DNA of 64,000 nucleotides, taken from NCBI GenBank assembly GCA_963758635.1, contig CAVWWD010000003.1:448001-512000 (forward strand), in the 5' to 3' direction. Position numbers and translations under genes: made by a program. The stretch is from an uncultured Candidatus Rokubacteria bacterium. Its GTDB lineage: Bacteria; Methylomirabilota; Methylomirabilia; Rokubacteriales; CSP1-6. Shown one piece after another: positions 52,277-64,000 of this stretch (the first letter of the stretch is position 1; every line of letters begins with the position of its first letter). The notes beneath the pieces are model-generated. The model worked only from the letters and a program-made list of their open reading frames with translations. It made no database searches and was not told where the DNA came from.

Positions 52277-54420
52277 GCGCGCCCGCCGCGCGGGCGCGCC
52301 GCCCGATCGTCCCCGCGCTCGGCCTCGCGTCGCTCGCCGCCGGCCTGCTCGTCCTGCCCTGGCACGCGCGGCCCGACGGCGCGGCGGCGGGCTGGCTCGC
52401 GTTGTCCTGGGACGCGTCCGCGGCGCCCGCGGCGGTGCTCGCGATCGGGCACGGCCGCGCGTCGCTCGCGCTCCTTGCCGCCCTCGCGCTGGCCGCGGCC
52501 GTCGTCGTCGGCGCCTTCGCCCCGTCACGCGGGCGCGGCGCGTGTCGTCGCCGCGCTGGGCCTCGGCGGCGTCGCCGTGGCGCTCATCCAGGGCTTCGCC
52601 GTTCGCGGCCAGGCCGGCATGGGCGTGGGGGCGGCGCTCGCCGTCGCGGGCTTCCTCCTCCTCGGCGCCGAAGGGATGGCGGCGGCGGGCGCGCTCCGCG
52701 GCGACCGCTTCGCCACCGTCTCGCTCCTCGCCATCGCGCTGCTCGTGGCGCTCTTCGTGTTCCTGCCGCTGGGACGCATGCTGGGGGCCGCCGTCCTCAC
52801 CGCCGATGGCGGCGCGAGCCTGTCCGCCCTCTGGAGCCGGCTCACCGCGGAGAAGATCTGGACGCTCGCGTGCCTCACCTCCGGCCGCCGGTGCGGGGTG
52901 GCCTGGAACACGCTGCTGCTCGCCGTGCTCTGCGCCACCGGCACCACCGCGCTCGGCCTGGCGCTCGCCCTCCTCGTCACGCGCACGGCGCTGCCGTTCC
53001 GCCGCGTCACGCGCCTCATCACGATCCTGCCCGTGGTGACGCCGCCCTTCGTGATCGGCCTCGGGATCATCCTGATCTGCGGCCGCGCCGGCGTGGTCAA
53101 CGCCGTGCTCGAGCAGGCGTTCGGCGTGCCGCCCACGCGCTGGATCTACGGCCTCCCCGGCCTGCTCCTGGCGCAGCTGTTCGCGTTCACGCCGGTGGCG
53201 TTCCTCGTGCTGGTCGGGGTGGTCGAGGGCGTGAGCCCCACGCTCGAGGAGGCGGGCCAGACGCTCGGCGCGCGGTCCGGCGCGGTCTTCCGGACGGTCT
53301 CGCTCCCGCTCATGGCCCCCGGGCTCGCCAACGCCTTCCTCGTCGGCTTCGTGGAGAGCATCGCGGACTTCGGCAACGCGCTCGTCCTGGGCGGCAACTA
53401 CGGCGTGCTCGCCACCGAGGTCTACTTCGCGCTGGTCGGCGCGCAGTTCGACCAGGGCCAGGCCGCCGCTCTCGCGATCATCCTGCTCGGGTTCGCGGTG
53501 GGCGCGTTCGCGCTCCAGCGGCGGGTGGTGCGCGGCCGCGCCTTCACCGCCTTCACCGGCAAGGGCGACCCGGGCATCCCCGCCGCGCTGCCCCGCGGGC
53601 TGGTGCGCCTGATCGTGGCGGTGGCCGTGCCGTGGATCGCGTTCACGGTGATCATCTACGCCATGGCCGTCCTGGGCGGCTTCGTCGAGGTGTGGGGGCG
53701 CGACCACTCCCTCACGCTGCGCCACTTCGCCAAGGCGTTCAGCGTGGAGTGGACCGCCCACGGCCTCCTGTGGACGGGCGGGGCGTGGGCCTCGCTCTGG
53801 AACACGGTGCGCCTGTCCGCGGTGGCGGCGCCGGCGAGCGCGGCGGCCGGCCTCCTGACCGCGTATCTCCTGGACCGGACGCGGTTCCCCGGCCAGCGCG
53901 CCTTCGAGGTGGCCACGCTGCTCTCGTTCGCCGTGCCGGGCACGGTGATCGGCGTGGCGTACGTGCTCGCCTTCAACGTGCCGCCCGTGGAGATCACGGG
54001 CACCGGGCTCGTCATCGTGCTCTGTCTCGTGTTCCGGAACATGCCGGTGGGCGTGCGGGGCGGCGTGGCCGCGCTGGCCCAGATCGACCGGTCGCTCGAC
54101 GAGGCGTCGAGCACGCTGGGGGCGGCGGGCGCGACGACCATCCGCCGGGTGCTGCTGCCGCTGGCGCGGCCCGCCGTCGTCGGCGCCCTCGTCTACGGCT
54201 TCGTCCGCTCGGTGACCACGGTCAGCGCGATCATCTTCCTCGTGTCCGGCGACACCGACATGGCGACCACGTACATCATCGGACGCGTGGTGAACGGGGA
54301 CTACGGCGTGGCCATCGCGTACTCCGCGGTGCTCATCGCGCTGATGGTGGCGGCGATCGTCCTCATCCAGCGCGTGGTCGGCGTCCGCGTCACCTCGACG
54401 CGGGCGGCGGAGGGCACGGC

Positions 54421-54424
<4 letters not shown>
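52273..54424 (+). CDS. ABC permease (AfuB/FbpB-type); frameshift near 52535
   Basis: TPPFVIGLG, LEEAGQTLGA, SIADFGN, LDEASSTLGA. Confidence 0.9.
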
Positions 54425-55597
<1,173 letters not shown>

Positions 55598-55615
55598 GGG
55601 GGTGTTGGGACTGAC

Positions 55616-57618
55616 ATGAGTGGACTCGGGAGGCGGCGGTTCCTGGTCGGTGGGGCGGCGCTGGCCGCCACGGTCGCGGCGCGCGGTGGCGCGGGCCTGG
55701 CGGCGGGCCGGGCGCTGGTGCGGCGGGAGGTGTTCTTCGGGGACCCGGACGTGGCGGTGGCCCGGATGAGTCCCGATGGCCGGACGGTCGCCTACATCGC
55801 GCCGGTCGACGGGGTGCGCAACGTGTGGGTGGCGCCGCTCGACGACCTCGCCGCCGCGCGCCCGGTGACGCGCGTCACCGCGCGTCCGGTGGCCTGGGGA
55901 TACCGCTGGGCGTACACGAGCCGCCACATCGTCTTCTTCGAGGAGCGCGACGGCGACGAGAACTGGCGCGCGTCCAGCGTCGACGTGGACACCGGCGCCG
56001 TGGTCCCGCTGACGCCGGCGCGCGGCGTGCGCGCCTACGTCCAGGCGGCGAGCCCGCGCTTCCCCCGCGAGATGCTGTTCGCCCACAACGAGCGCGACCG
56101 CCAGCGTAGCGACATCTACCGGATCGACCTCGTCACCGGCCGCTCCGAGCTGGTGTTCCGGAACGAGCGCTTCGCGTGGGTCTTCACCGACAAGGACTTC
56201 CAGGTGCGGTTGGCGTGCCGGTACCTTCCGGACGGCCGCGTCGAGTGGCTGGAGCGGCGGGGCGACGGCGCGTGGGTCCTGTTCTTCACCGTGCCTCTCG
56301 GCGACGTGGACGGCACGCGGCCGGTGGACGTGAGCCACGACGGCCGGACGCTCTACCTGCTCGACTCGCGCGGCCGCGACACGTCCGCGCTCGTGGCCAT
56401 GGACCTGGCGACCCGGCGCACGCGCGTGGTCGCGGCCGACCCCTCGGCGGACCTCCGCGACGTATTCTTCGACGAGGCGACGGGCCATGCGCTCGCCGCC
56501 GGTGGCATGCTCGCCCGCCAGCGCTGGCAGGCCGTCGATCGGCGCTTCGCCGTCGATCTCGCGGCGATCCGCGCGGCGCCCGGGGCGACGTGTACTTGAA
56601 CAGCGTGAGCCGGGACGGCCGCCGGGTGCTGGTCTTCGTCGACCGCGACGACGCAAGCCCCGAGTACGCGCTCTACGACCGCGCCGCGCGGCGCCTGCGC
56701 CCGCTCGTCGCCGTGCGGCGCCGGCTCGCCGGGGCGCCGCTCCGGCCGCTCGAGCCCATCGCGTTCACCGCGCGCGACGGCCTCACCGTCCGCGGCTACC
56801 TCACGCTGCCCGAGCCCGGCGCGCGCGGCGTGCCGATGGTGCTCGCGGTCCACGGCGGCCCGTACTGGCGCGACCGCTGGGGCTTCGAGTCCACGCACCA
56901 GTGGCTCGCCAACCGCGGTTACGCGGTGCTGAGCGTGAACTTCCGCGGTTCCACCGGCTTCGGCAAGTCGTTCGTGACCGCGGCGGACGGCGAATGGGGC
57001 GGCAGGATGCACGACGACCTCATCGACGGCGTGCGCTGGGCGATCCGCCGGCGCGTGGCGGATCCCGCGCGCGTCGGCATCTACGGCGGCAGCTACGGCG
57101 GCTACGCCGCGCTCGTGGGCGCCACCCGCACGCCCGACACCTTCGCGTGCGTCGTCGACATCTTCGGCATCGCCAACCTGCTCACGTTCATGGCGGCGAT
57201 CCCGCCGTACTGGCGGCCGTGGTTCAGCGTGTGGAAGAAGCGCGTGGGCGACCCCGACACCGAGGCGGGACGCGCGTTCCTTCGCGAGCGCTCGCCGCTC
57301 ACCCACATCGGGCGCGCGGCGCGCCCGATCCTCGTCGTCCAGGGCCTGGAGGACGTGCGGGTGACGCGCGCCGAGTCGGAGCAGATCGTGGCCGCGCTCC
57401 GCGAGCGCGGCGTGCCCGTCACCTACATCACGTTCCGCGACGAGGGCCACGGCTTCGACCGCCCGCAGAACCACCTGGCGTTCCGCGCCGTGACCGAGGC
57501 CTTCCTGGCCCGCCACCTGGGCGGCGCCGCCGAGCCGATCGACCGGGCGCGGGACTTCGCGGGCTCCACGCTCGTGGTCGAGACGGGCGCGGAGCTGGTC
57601 CCCGGCCTCGCCGGGTAG
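55616..57618 (+). CDS. S9 family peptidase with Tat signal; frameshift near 56585
   Basis: GRRRFL signal, VHGGP, NFRGSTGFG, GGSYGG, DVRV, EGHG. Confidence 0.92.
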
Positions 57619-57696
57619 CCGGCGGTCTGCAACGGGGCAGCCTGCTGACCGGACCGTCGCCTTGACCCGGCCGCGCGGCGCCGGGCACTATCCCCC

Positions 57697-58446
57697 GTGG
57701 TGAATGCGCCTCGCGACGCTCCAGCGCCGCCCGGAGCCCTCCTCATCGCGATCCCGACCTACAACGAGCGGGAAAGCATCGACGCGCTCCTCTCGACGCT
57801 GCTCGACCTGCACCCGACCGGCCACGTGGTCGTGGTGGACGACGGCTCGCCCGACGGCACCGGCGATCTCGTCGCGGCGCGCGCCGCGGGCGACGCGCGC
57901 GTGCACCTCATCCGCCGGCCCGGCAAGGCCGGCCTCGGCAGCGCCTACCGCGCGGCCTTCGCCTGGGCGCGCGGGCGCGGCTACGACGTGGTGGCGCAGA
58001 TGGACGCGGACGGCTCGCACGATCCGCGCGACGTGTCGCGGCTCGTCGCGGCCCTCGCCGACGCGGACGTCGTCGTGGGCTCGCGCTACGTGCCGGGCGG
58101 CCGGGTCGAGCACTGGCCGCTGTCGCGCCGCCTCCTGAGCCGCACCGCCAACGTCGTCGCGCAGCTCGTGGTGGGGCGTCAGGTGCACGACTGGACCTCC
58201 GGCTTCCGCGGCTACCGCGCGTCCGTGCTCGAGGCCCTGCCGTTCGGCGCCGGCGGCATCGACTCCGAGGGCTACGCGTTCCAGGTGGACTGCGTCTATC
58301 ACGTCCACCGGTTGGGGTTCCGTGTCCGCGAGATCCCGATCGTCTTCGTCGACCGGACGCTGGGCCGGAGCAAGATGTCGAGCACGGAGGTCCGGCTCGC
58401 CCTCGGCACGCTGGCGCGCATCGGCCGGCGCCGGCTCTTCGGATGA
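57697..58446 (+). CDS. Polyprenol monophosphomannose synthase (GT2)
   Basis: PTYNE, VDDGSPDGT, MDADGSH, GSRY, SGFR. Confidence 0.92.
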   Translation: MVNAPRDAPAPPGALLIAIPTYNERESIDALLSTLLDLHPTGHVVVVDDGSPDGTGDLVAARAAGDARVHLIRRPGKAGLGSAYRAAFAWARGRGYDVVAQMDADGSHDPRDVSRLVAALADADVVVGSRYVPGGRVEHWPLSRRLLSRTANVVAQLVVGRQVHDWTSGFRGYRASVLEALPFGAGGIDSEGYAFQVDCVYHVHRLGFRVREIPIVFVDRTLGRSKMSSTEVRLALGTLARIGRRRLFG

Positions 58447-58477
58447 GCCGCGCGCGGCCGTGAGCCCCCCGCTCCCT

Positions 58478-58572
58478 GGTTGTGAAGAGATGCGGATCTT
58501 GACGTCGGCGAGCGGGCCAACACCGCGATTCTGCGTACACGCGGAGTGCCGTCTCGCCATTCATCCACATCC
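58478..58572. repeat. ~95-bp dispersed intergenic element, copy B, with imperfect terminal inverted repeats
   Basis: GGTTGTGAAGAGATG ... CATTCATCCACATCC; homologous to 48318-48410. Confidence 0.85.
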
Positions 58573-58581
58573 GCTCCGGCG

Positions 58582-60153
58582 ATGAGCGCCCTCCTCCGGA
58601 GCGTCCCGGGCGCGGGCGGGGCCGCCGGCGCCACGGCCTGGCTCATCGTCGTCACCGGACTGGCGCGCGTGGCCCTCGCCATCGCGTCGGACCTCTGCTA
58701 CGGCGAGTCCTACTTCTCGGCGTACGTGCGGAGGCCGGAACTCTCGTACTTCGACCATCCGCCGCTGCCGTTCTGGCTGGCCTCGCTCTTCTCCGCCGTC
58801 GCCGGCGGACCCGGTCCGCTCGCCGTGCGGCTGCCCTTCGTGCTCCTCTTCGCCGCCACGACGTGGCTCCTCTTCGTGGTCGGCCGCCGGCTCTGGAGCC
58901 CGTGGGCCGGCTTCCACGCGGCGCTGCTCGCGAACGTCGCCCCGGCCCTGTCGATCCGCGCCGGCTACTGGCTGGGCCCCGACGGGCCGCTGATGCTGTT
59001 CTGGCTGGCGACGGTCTGCGCGCTGATCCCGCTGCTGCTCGATCCTCCGGAGAGTCAGCCGAGCGGCAGCCGGCGGCTCTCGATCTGGACGGCGGCGGGC
59101 GTCTGCCTCGGGCTGGGCCTGCTCAGCAAGTACTCCGCGCTCCTCCTCGTGCCGGGCACCTTCCTGTTCGTCCTCCTCACGCCGGGTCGCCGGCGGATCC
59201 TCCTCGAGCCCGGGCCGTGGGTGGCGCTCGCCGTGGCCGGCCTCGTGTTCTCGCCCGTTGTCGCCTGGAACGCGTCCCACGACTGGATCTCGTTCCTCTG
59301 GCAGGGACACCGTGGCGTCGCCTATCGCGGGATCCGGCTCGACTGGCTCGCGTGGAACGTGTTCGGCCAGACGATCGAGCTGGGCCCGTGGCTGTGGCTC
59401 GCCATCGTGGTGGAGTGCGCGCGCATCCTCGCGCGCTGGTCGCGGGTGGACCCCGCGCGCCGGCTCCTGGTCTGCCTCGGGCTGCCGCCCGTGGTCCTCT
59501 TCACCGTGGTGTCCTCGTACGCGCCGATCGGCAACCACTTCTACTGGGGGATGGGAGGATACCTGCTGCTCGTGCTCCCCCTCGCCGACACCGTTCAGCG
59601 GGCCGCGGCGCGTGGAGGCCGCCTCGCGCGCCGGTGGCGCGCGGTGTCCGTGGTCGCGGGCGTGGCGCTCATGGCGCTCCTGCTGAGCCACACGATGACG
59701 GGATGGGGACGTTCGGTGCCCGGCGTGGCGCGGGCGATCGCCGGCAACGACGACCCCACGCTCGAGTGCATCGACTACACGGCGCTCGTCCCCGCGCTCG
59801 CCGCGCGCGGGCTCCTCGGGCGCCGCGACGTGTTCCTCTTCACGGACCGCTGGTACCAGAGCGGCAAGGTGGAATGGGCCATCAAGGGCGCGCTGCCCGT
59901 GCTCTGCTTCGCGGCCGACCAGCGAGGCTGGGCCGTGTTCGCCCCCTCCGAGCCGTGGGTCGGCCACGAAGGGATCTTCATCACCGTCCTCAAGCGGACG
60001 GAGTCGAGCGCCAGGCAGGCGTACGGGGAGTACTGCGCGAGCCTCGCGGCGCTGACCCCGGTCGTCGTCACGCGGAGCGGCCGGCCCGAGATCACCCTGT
60101 ACCTCTACCGGTGCGAGCGCCTCCTCAAGCCCTACCCTCGGCCCTACGGATGA
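58582..60153 (+). CDS. ArnT/GT39-like membrane glycosyltransferase
   Basis: ESYF, SYFDHPPL, PDGPL, LSKY; multiple TM helices. Confidence 0.88.
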   Translation: MSALLRSVPGAGGAAGATAWLIVVTGLARVALAIASDLCYGESYFSAYVRRPELSYFDHPPLPFWLASLFSAVAGGPGPLAVRLPFVLLFAATTWLLFVVGRRLWSPWAGFHAALLANVAPALSIRAGYWLGPDGPLMLFWLATVCALIPLLLDPPESQPSGSRRLSIWTAAGVCLGLGLLSKYSALLLVPGTFLFVLLTPGRRRILLEPGPWVALAVAGLVFSPVVAWNASHDWISFLWQGHRGVAYRGIRLDWLAWNVFGQTIELGPWLWLAIVVECARILARWSRVDPARRLLVCLGLPPVVLFTVVSSYAPIGNHFYWGMGGYLLLVLPLADTVQRAAARGGRLARRWRAVSVVAGVALMALLLSHTMTGWGRSVPGVARAIAGNDDPTLECIDYTALVPALAARGLLGRRDVFLFTDRWYQSGKVEWAIKGALPVLCFAADQRGWAVFAPSEPWVGHEGIFITVLKRTESSARQAYGEYCASLAALTPVVVTRSGRPEITLYLYRCERLLKPYPRPYG

Positions 60154-60414
60154 GGGCCCGCCACGGGTAAAGCCCCGCACCGCGGCGGGCGCGGCGTCGG
60201 CGTTCTTCGCAGACCCGGCCCCGGCCTGGAGGGCCCGTTCAGGCCTCGAGCCAAGCCCGCACGTGGATTGACTTCACGGCCCGGGACGCGGAATGGCACG
60301 GCGGATGCGCCTCGGAAGCGACTTACCATGGTGACCGGGCACCCGGCGGATCGGACCTACAATGCTCGCGGTCATCCGGACCCAACCCTGCCCTCCTCGA
60401 GGAGACGCCCCCTC

Positions 60415-63400
60415 GTGATACTCCGCCGGCTCGCCGCCGTCTTCGCCGCCGCGCTCTTCTGCGCCTGTCCGGGCTGGGCGGGGGCCGAGGTCCTCTGGGA
60501 GGGCCGCGTCCAGACCCGCGACGGCCGCTGGCTGACCGTGTCCAAGCAGCTCGTGGGCGGCCGCCCGGTGACGATGTACTCGGACGAGGCCGGGCGGCCG
60601 ATCCTCGAATCGGACCTGCGAGACGATGGGGCGCGCCACGGGCCGGCGCGCGTCTCTCCCGCGCTGGCCACGCTCGCCGGCGGTCCACGGGCGGCGGGGT
60701 CGGTTCCGGTGCTCGTGACCCTCCGCGATCAGCCCACGCCGGGGATCGCCGCCGACGTCAAGACGCTCTTCGATCCGCACGTGGACCGGCAGGCGGCGGC
60801 GCTCCGGACCGCGCGCGAGCGTCACGGCGCGGCAACGCCCGCCGAGGAGCAGGCGCGCGAGCAGGAGGTGCACCAGGCGCGCGACACGCTGAAGCAGACG
60901 ATGGCGACTCAGCGGCTCGAGATCGGCCGCCGCGCCCAGGCCGTCATGCCGTCCCTCCAGGCCGGCGTGCGCCAGCACCTCGCGGCGCTCGGCGGCAGGG
61001 TCACACACGCCTACGCCGTCCGGAACATGCTGGCGGCGCGGCTGCCCGCGGCGATGATCCCCGTGCTCGCGCTCCACCCCGACGTGGCGGAGATCTCCGA
61101 GGACGCGGAGATGACCGCGCACCTCGACACGAGCACGGCCTCGCTCGGCGCCCCCACCTGGTGGACCAACGGGATCGACGGCGCCGGCCCGTGGGACGTG
61201 GGCGTGCTCGACACCGGCATGGACCTCACCAACCCGGGGCTCTCCGCGGTGCCGAGCCAGAGCGGCGTGTTCCTGGCCACCGGGTCCGGCCATCCGAGCT
61301 TCCTCGACAACGCGGCGTCCACCGACGACCTGCACTCGCACGGGACCCACACCGGCGGCATCGTGGTCAGCCGGGGCGCCCTCGGCTTCGTCAACCACAA
61401 GGGCGTGGCCGTCGGCGCCGGCATCATCAACCTGAAGGCGGGTTTCCGAACCACGGGCGGCGGCGGGTTGATGTTCAACTCCGACGCCATGGCCGCGGTG
61501 GAGTGGGCGGCGTTCACCGCCGCCTCGCCGGCCGACGTGTTCAGCCTGAGCTTCGGCGGTTGCACGTCCGCCTCCGACTCGCCTTTCGCCCGGTTCTGGG
61601 ACTCCGTCGTGGACGAGCTCGGCATTCCCGTCGCCATCTCCGGGGGCAACGACGGGCCGGACAACCAGACCACCCAGATCAGCGGCTGCCCGCCGCCGCC
61701 GGTCTTCAGCGATCCGGCGACCGCGTACAACGTCCTCGCGGTGGGCGCCATGGCCGACTTCGCCACCACCGACCGCAGCGACGACGCGGTGGCCAGCTAC
61801 AGCAGCCGCGGTCCCGTGCCCGGCGGCCGCAAGAAGCCCGACCTCACCGCGCCGGGGTCGAACATCACGTCGACCTCGAACACGTGGGAGACCGGGTCGG
61901 ACTATGTCGGGAAGAGCGGGACCAGCATGGCCGCCCCGCACATCGCCGGGGCGCTTGCGCTCCTGCTGGACGGCGGGGTCGTCGATGCCAAGGCGCTCAA
62001 GGCGGTGCTGATCAACTCGGCGCAGGACCTGGGCACGACGGGCTGGAGCGCCGACAGCGGCTGGGGCTACGCGGACCTCACCGCGGCGTTCGCGCTCCGC
62101 GCGAGCTACTTCCTGGCGAGCGTGACGCCGCGCGGGCAGCCGGGGAGCGCGCGGTTCTACCGCGGGTCGCTCGGGGCGGGGGAGCGGGCGACGCTCGTCT
62201 GGAACCGGAACGCCGACTACCGCTACCCCCTCTCGTCCACGGCGTTCGCCCTCAACGACCTCGACCTCACGCTGTACCGGATGACCGACGGCGTCGTGCT
62301 CGACTCGTCGGCCTCCGCCATCGACAACGTCGAGCAGGTGCGGGTGGGCGGGGCCACCTCCGGGCTCGTGCTGAAGGTGGGCGCGATCTCCACCGTGTTC
62401 AACGGCGTGAGCGCGGAGGCGTACGCCCTCGCCACGGGCAGCGGCATCGCCGAGGCCACCGGGCCGGCGCTCGCCGTGTCGCTGGCCGCGCCTGGCTCGA
62501 CGGGGCCGGGCAGCCAGTTCTCCGCGACGGCCACCGTGACCAACATCGGCGACCTGACCGCCCACGCCAACTGCGTCACGCTGGCGCTGCCCGCGGGGTT
62601 TTCGGTGGCGTCCGGGGCGAACCCGCAGTGCATAGGATCGATCGCCCCTGCCGCGCAGGCCGTGGCTTCGTGGACCGTGCAGGCCGCCGTCGCCACCGGC
62701 CCCTACGGGCTGACCGCCACCGACGCCAGCACGTCCTATGGCGAGAGCTTCTCCGGCGCGGGGTCGGCGAACGTCACCGTGACCGGGCTGCCCGGGGTCA
62801 CGGTGACCGCGACGACGCCGACCGTGGCCGAGGCAGGCCCCGGCACGGGCCAGTTCACGGTGAGCCGGACGGGCTCCACCGCCTCCGCGCTCACCGTCGC
62901 CTACACGACGAACGGCGGCGCGGGCGCGGGCAGCGACTACCAGGCGCTCTCCGGGAGCGTGATCATCCCCGCCGGCGCGGCGTCCGCGCCCATCGTCGTC
63001 ACGCCGATCGACGACCCGCTGGTGGAGACGGACGAGACGGTGACGGTCACGATCTCGGCCAGCGCCGCCTACGCGGTCGGGAGCCCGTCGAGCGCCACCG
63101 TGACGATCACCAGCGAGGACTCGGCGCTGCCGGTGGTGACAATCGTGGCGAGCGACCCGACCGCCACCGAGGCGGGCGTGACCACGGGCGCGTTCACGCT
63201 GAGCCGGACCGGGTCCACCGCCAGCGCGCTTGCCGTGTCGTGGAGCATCACGGGCACGGCGACGAAGGGCGTGGACCGCCTGCCCGTGCCGGCGGTGCCG
63301 ACGATCCCGGCGGGGGCCAGCTCGGTGGTCGTCGTCGTGACGCCCATCGACGACGCCGTGGTCGAGGGCGACGAGACGGTGATCGCCACCCTGAACCCCG

Positions 63401-63806
63401 GGACGCCGGCTACACGGTGGGCACGCCCGGCAGCGCGACGGTGACCATCGCCGACAACGACACCATCGCGCTGCCCGTGGTGACCATCGCGGCGACCGAT
63501 GCCACCGCGACGGAGGCGGGCGCGACCACGGGGGCGTTCACGATCACCCGGACCGGCTCGACGGCGGCCGCGCTGACGATCACGTGGAGCATCACGGGCA
63601 CGGCGGTGAAGAGCGTGGACCGGCTGCCCGTGCCGGCGACGCCCGTGATCCCGGCGGGGGCGAGCTCGGTGGTGGTCATCGTCACCCCGATCGACGACAC
63701 GCTCGTCGAGGGCAGCGAGACGGTGATCGCCACCCTCGGCGCCAGCGCCGCCTACACCGTCGGCAGCCCCAGCGCCGCGACGATCACGATCCTCGACAAC
63801 GACTGA
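60415..63806 (+). CDS. Secreted S8 subtilisin-like peptidase with three C-terminal Calx-beta repeats; frameshift near 63400
   Basis: Signal peptide; triad VLDTG / HGTHTGG / GTSMAAPH; repeats TEAG..GxFTxSRTG...PIDD..VEG.ETV. Confidence 0.92.
62788..63803 (+). repeat. Three tandem Calx-beta-encoding units (~340 bp each)
   Basis: Units 2 and 3 are near-identical in protein (WSITGTA.K.VDRLPVPA.P.IPAGASSVVV). Confidence 0.85.
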
Positions 63807-64000
63807 TCAGGAGGCGGGTCCGACGGCGCTCCGGCCGGGCGGCGCATCCGCCGCGGGCGCCTCGCCGAGCGGGATGACGCCGCCCGGCTCGCCGGCGAGG
63901 ATCCAGTCCAGCAGCGCACGGTAGCGATCGGCCGGCACCGCGCCCACCAGCGAGAGCTTCTCGTCGAAGACCACCGTGGGCAGCGCGGACACGCCGAACC
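63807..64000 (-). CDS. DsbA/FrnE family oxidoreductase, 3' end only
   Basis: GVSALPTVVF...LVGAVP C-terminal pattern. Confidence 0.65.
   Translation of the reverse strand, partial: FGVSALPTVVFDEKLSLVGAVPADRYRALLDWILAGEPGGVIPLGEAPAADAPPGRSAVGPAS

Overview
This is a very GC-rich bacterial chromosomal segment. Its transporter and enzyme repertoire resembles Ca. Rokuibacteriota, but that is inference only. It holds about 50 genes: ABC/MFS/NCS2 transporters, hydrolases, two divergent hybrid histidine kinases, trpS, ileS, cobQ, sodC, glycosyltransferases and proteases. Many genes carry 1-bp frameshifts that are probably long-read indel errors. I found no rRNA, tRNA, CRISPR array, integrase or transposase. 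The best signals lie between genes. (1) Both aminoacyl-tRNA synthetase genes sit behind apparently leaderless 16-codon leader peptides with full 1:2/2:3/3:4 attenuator geometry. trpS has a WWW leader. ileS has a leader with rare ATT/ATA Ile codons, and it encodes a type-2 IleRS with a GVHH signature. (2) A 1.7-kb cassette bounded by a 49-bp direct repeat carries two toxin-less antitoxins and a solute-binding protein. (3) Several 'hollowed-out' gene stubs keep only their first and last codons. (4) There are two families of small dispersed palindromic elements, one with an apparent 7-bp target duplication.
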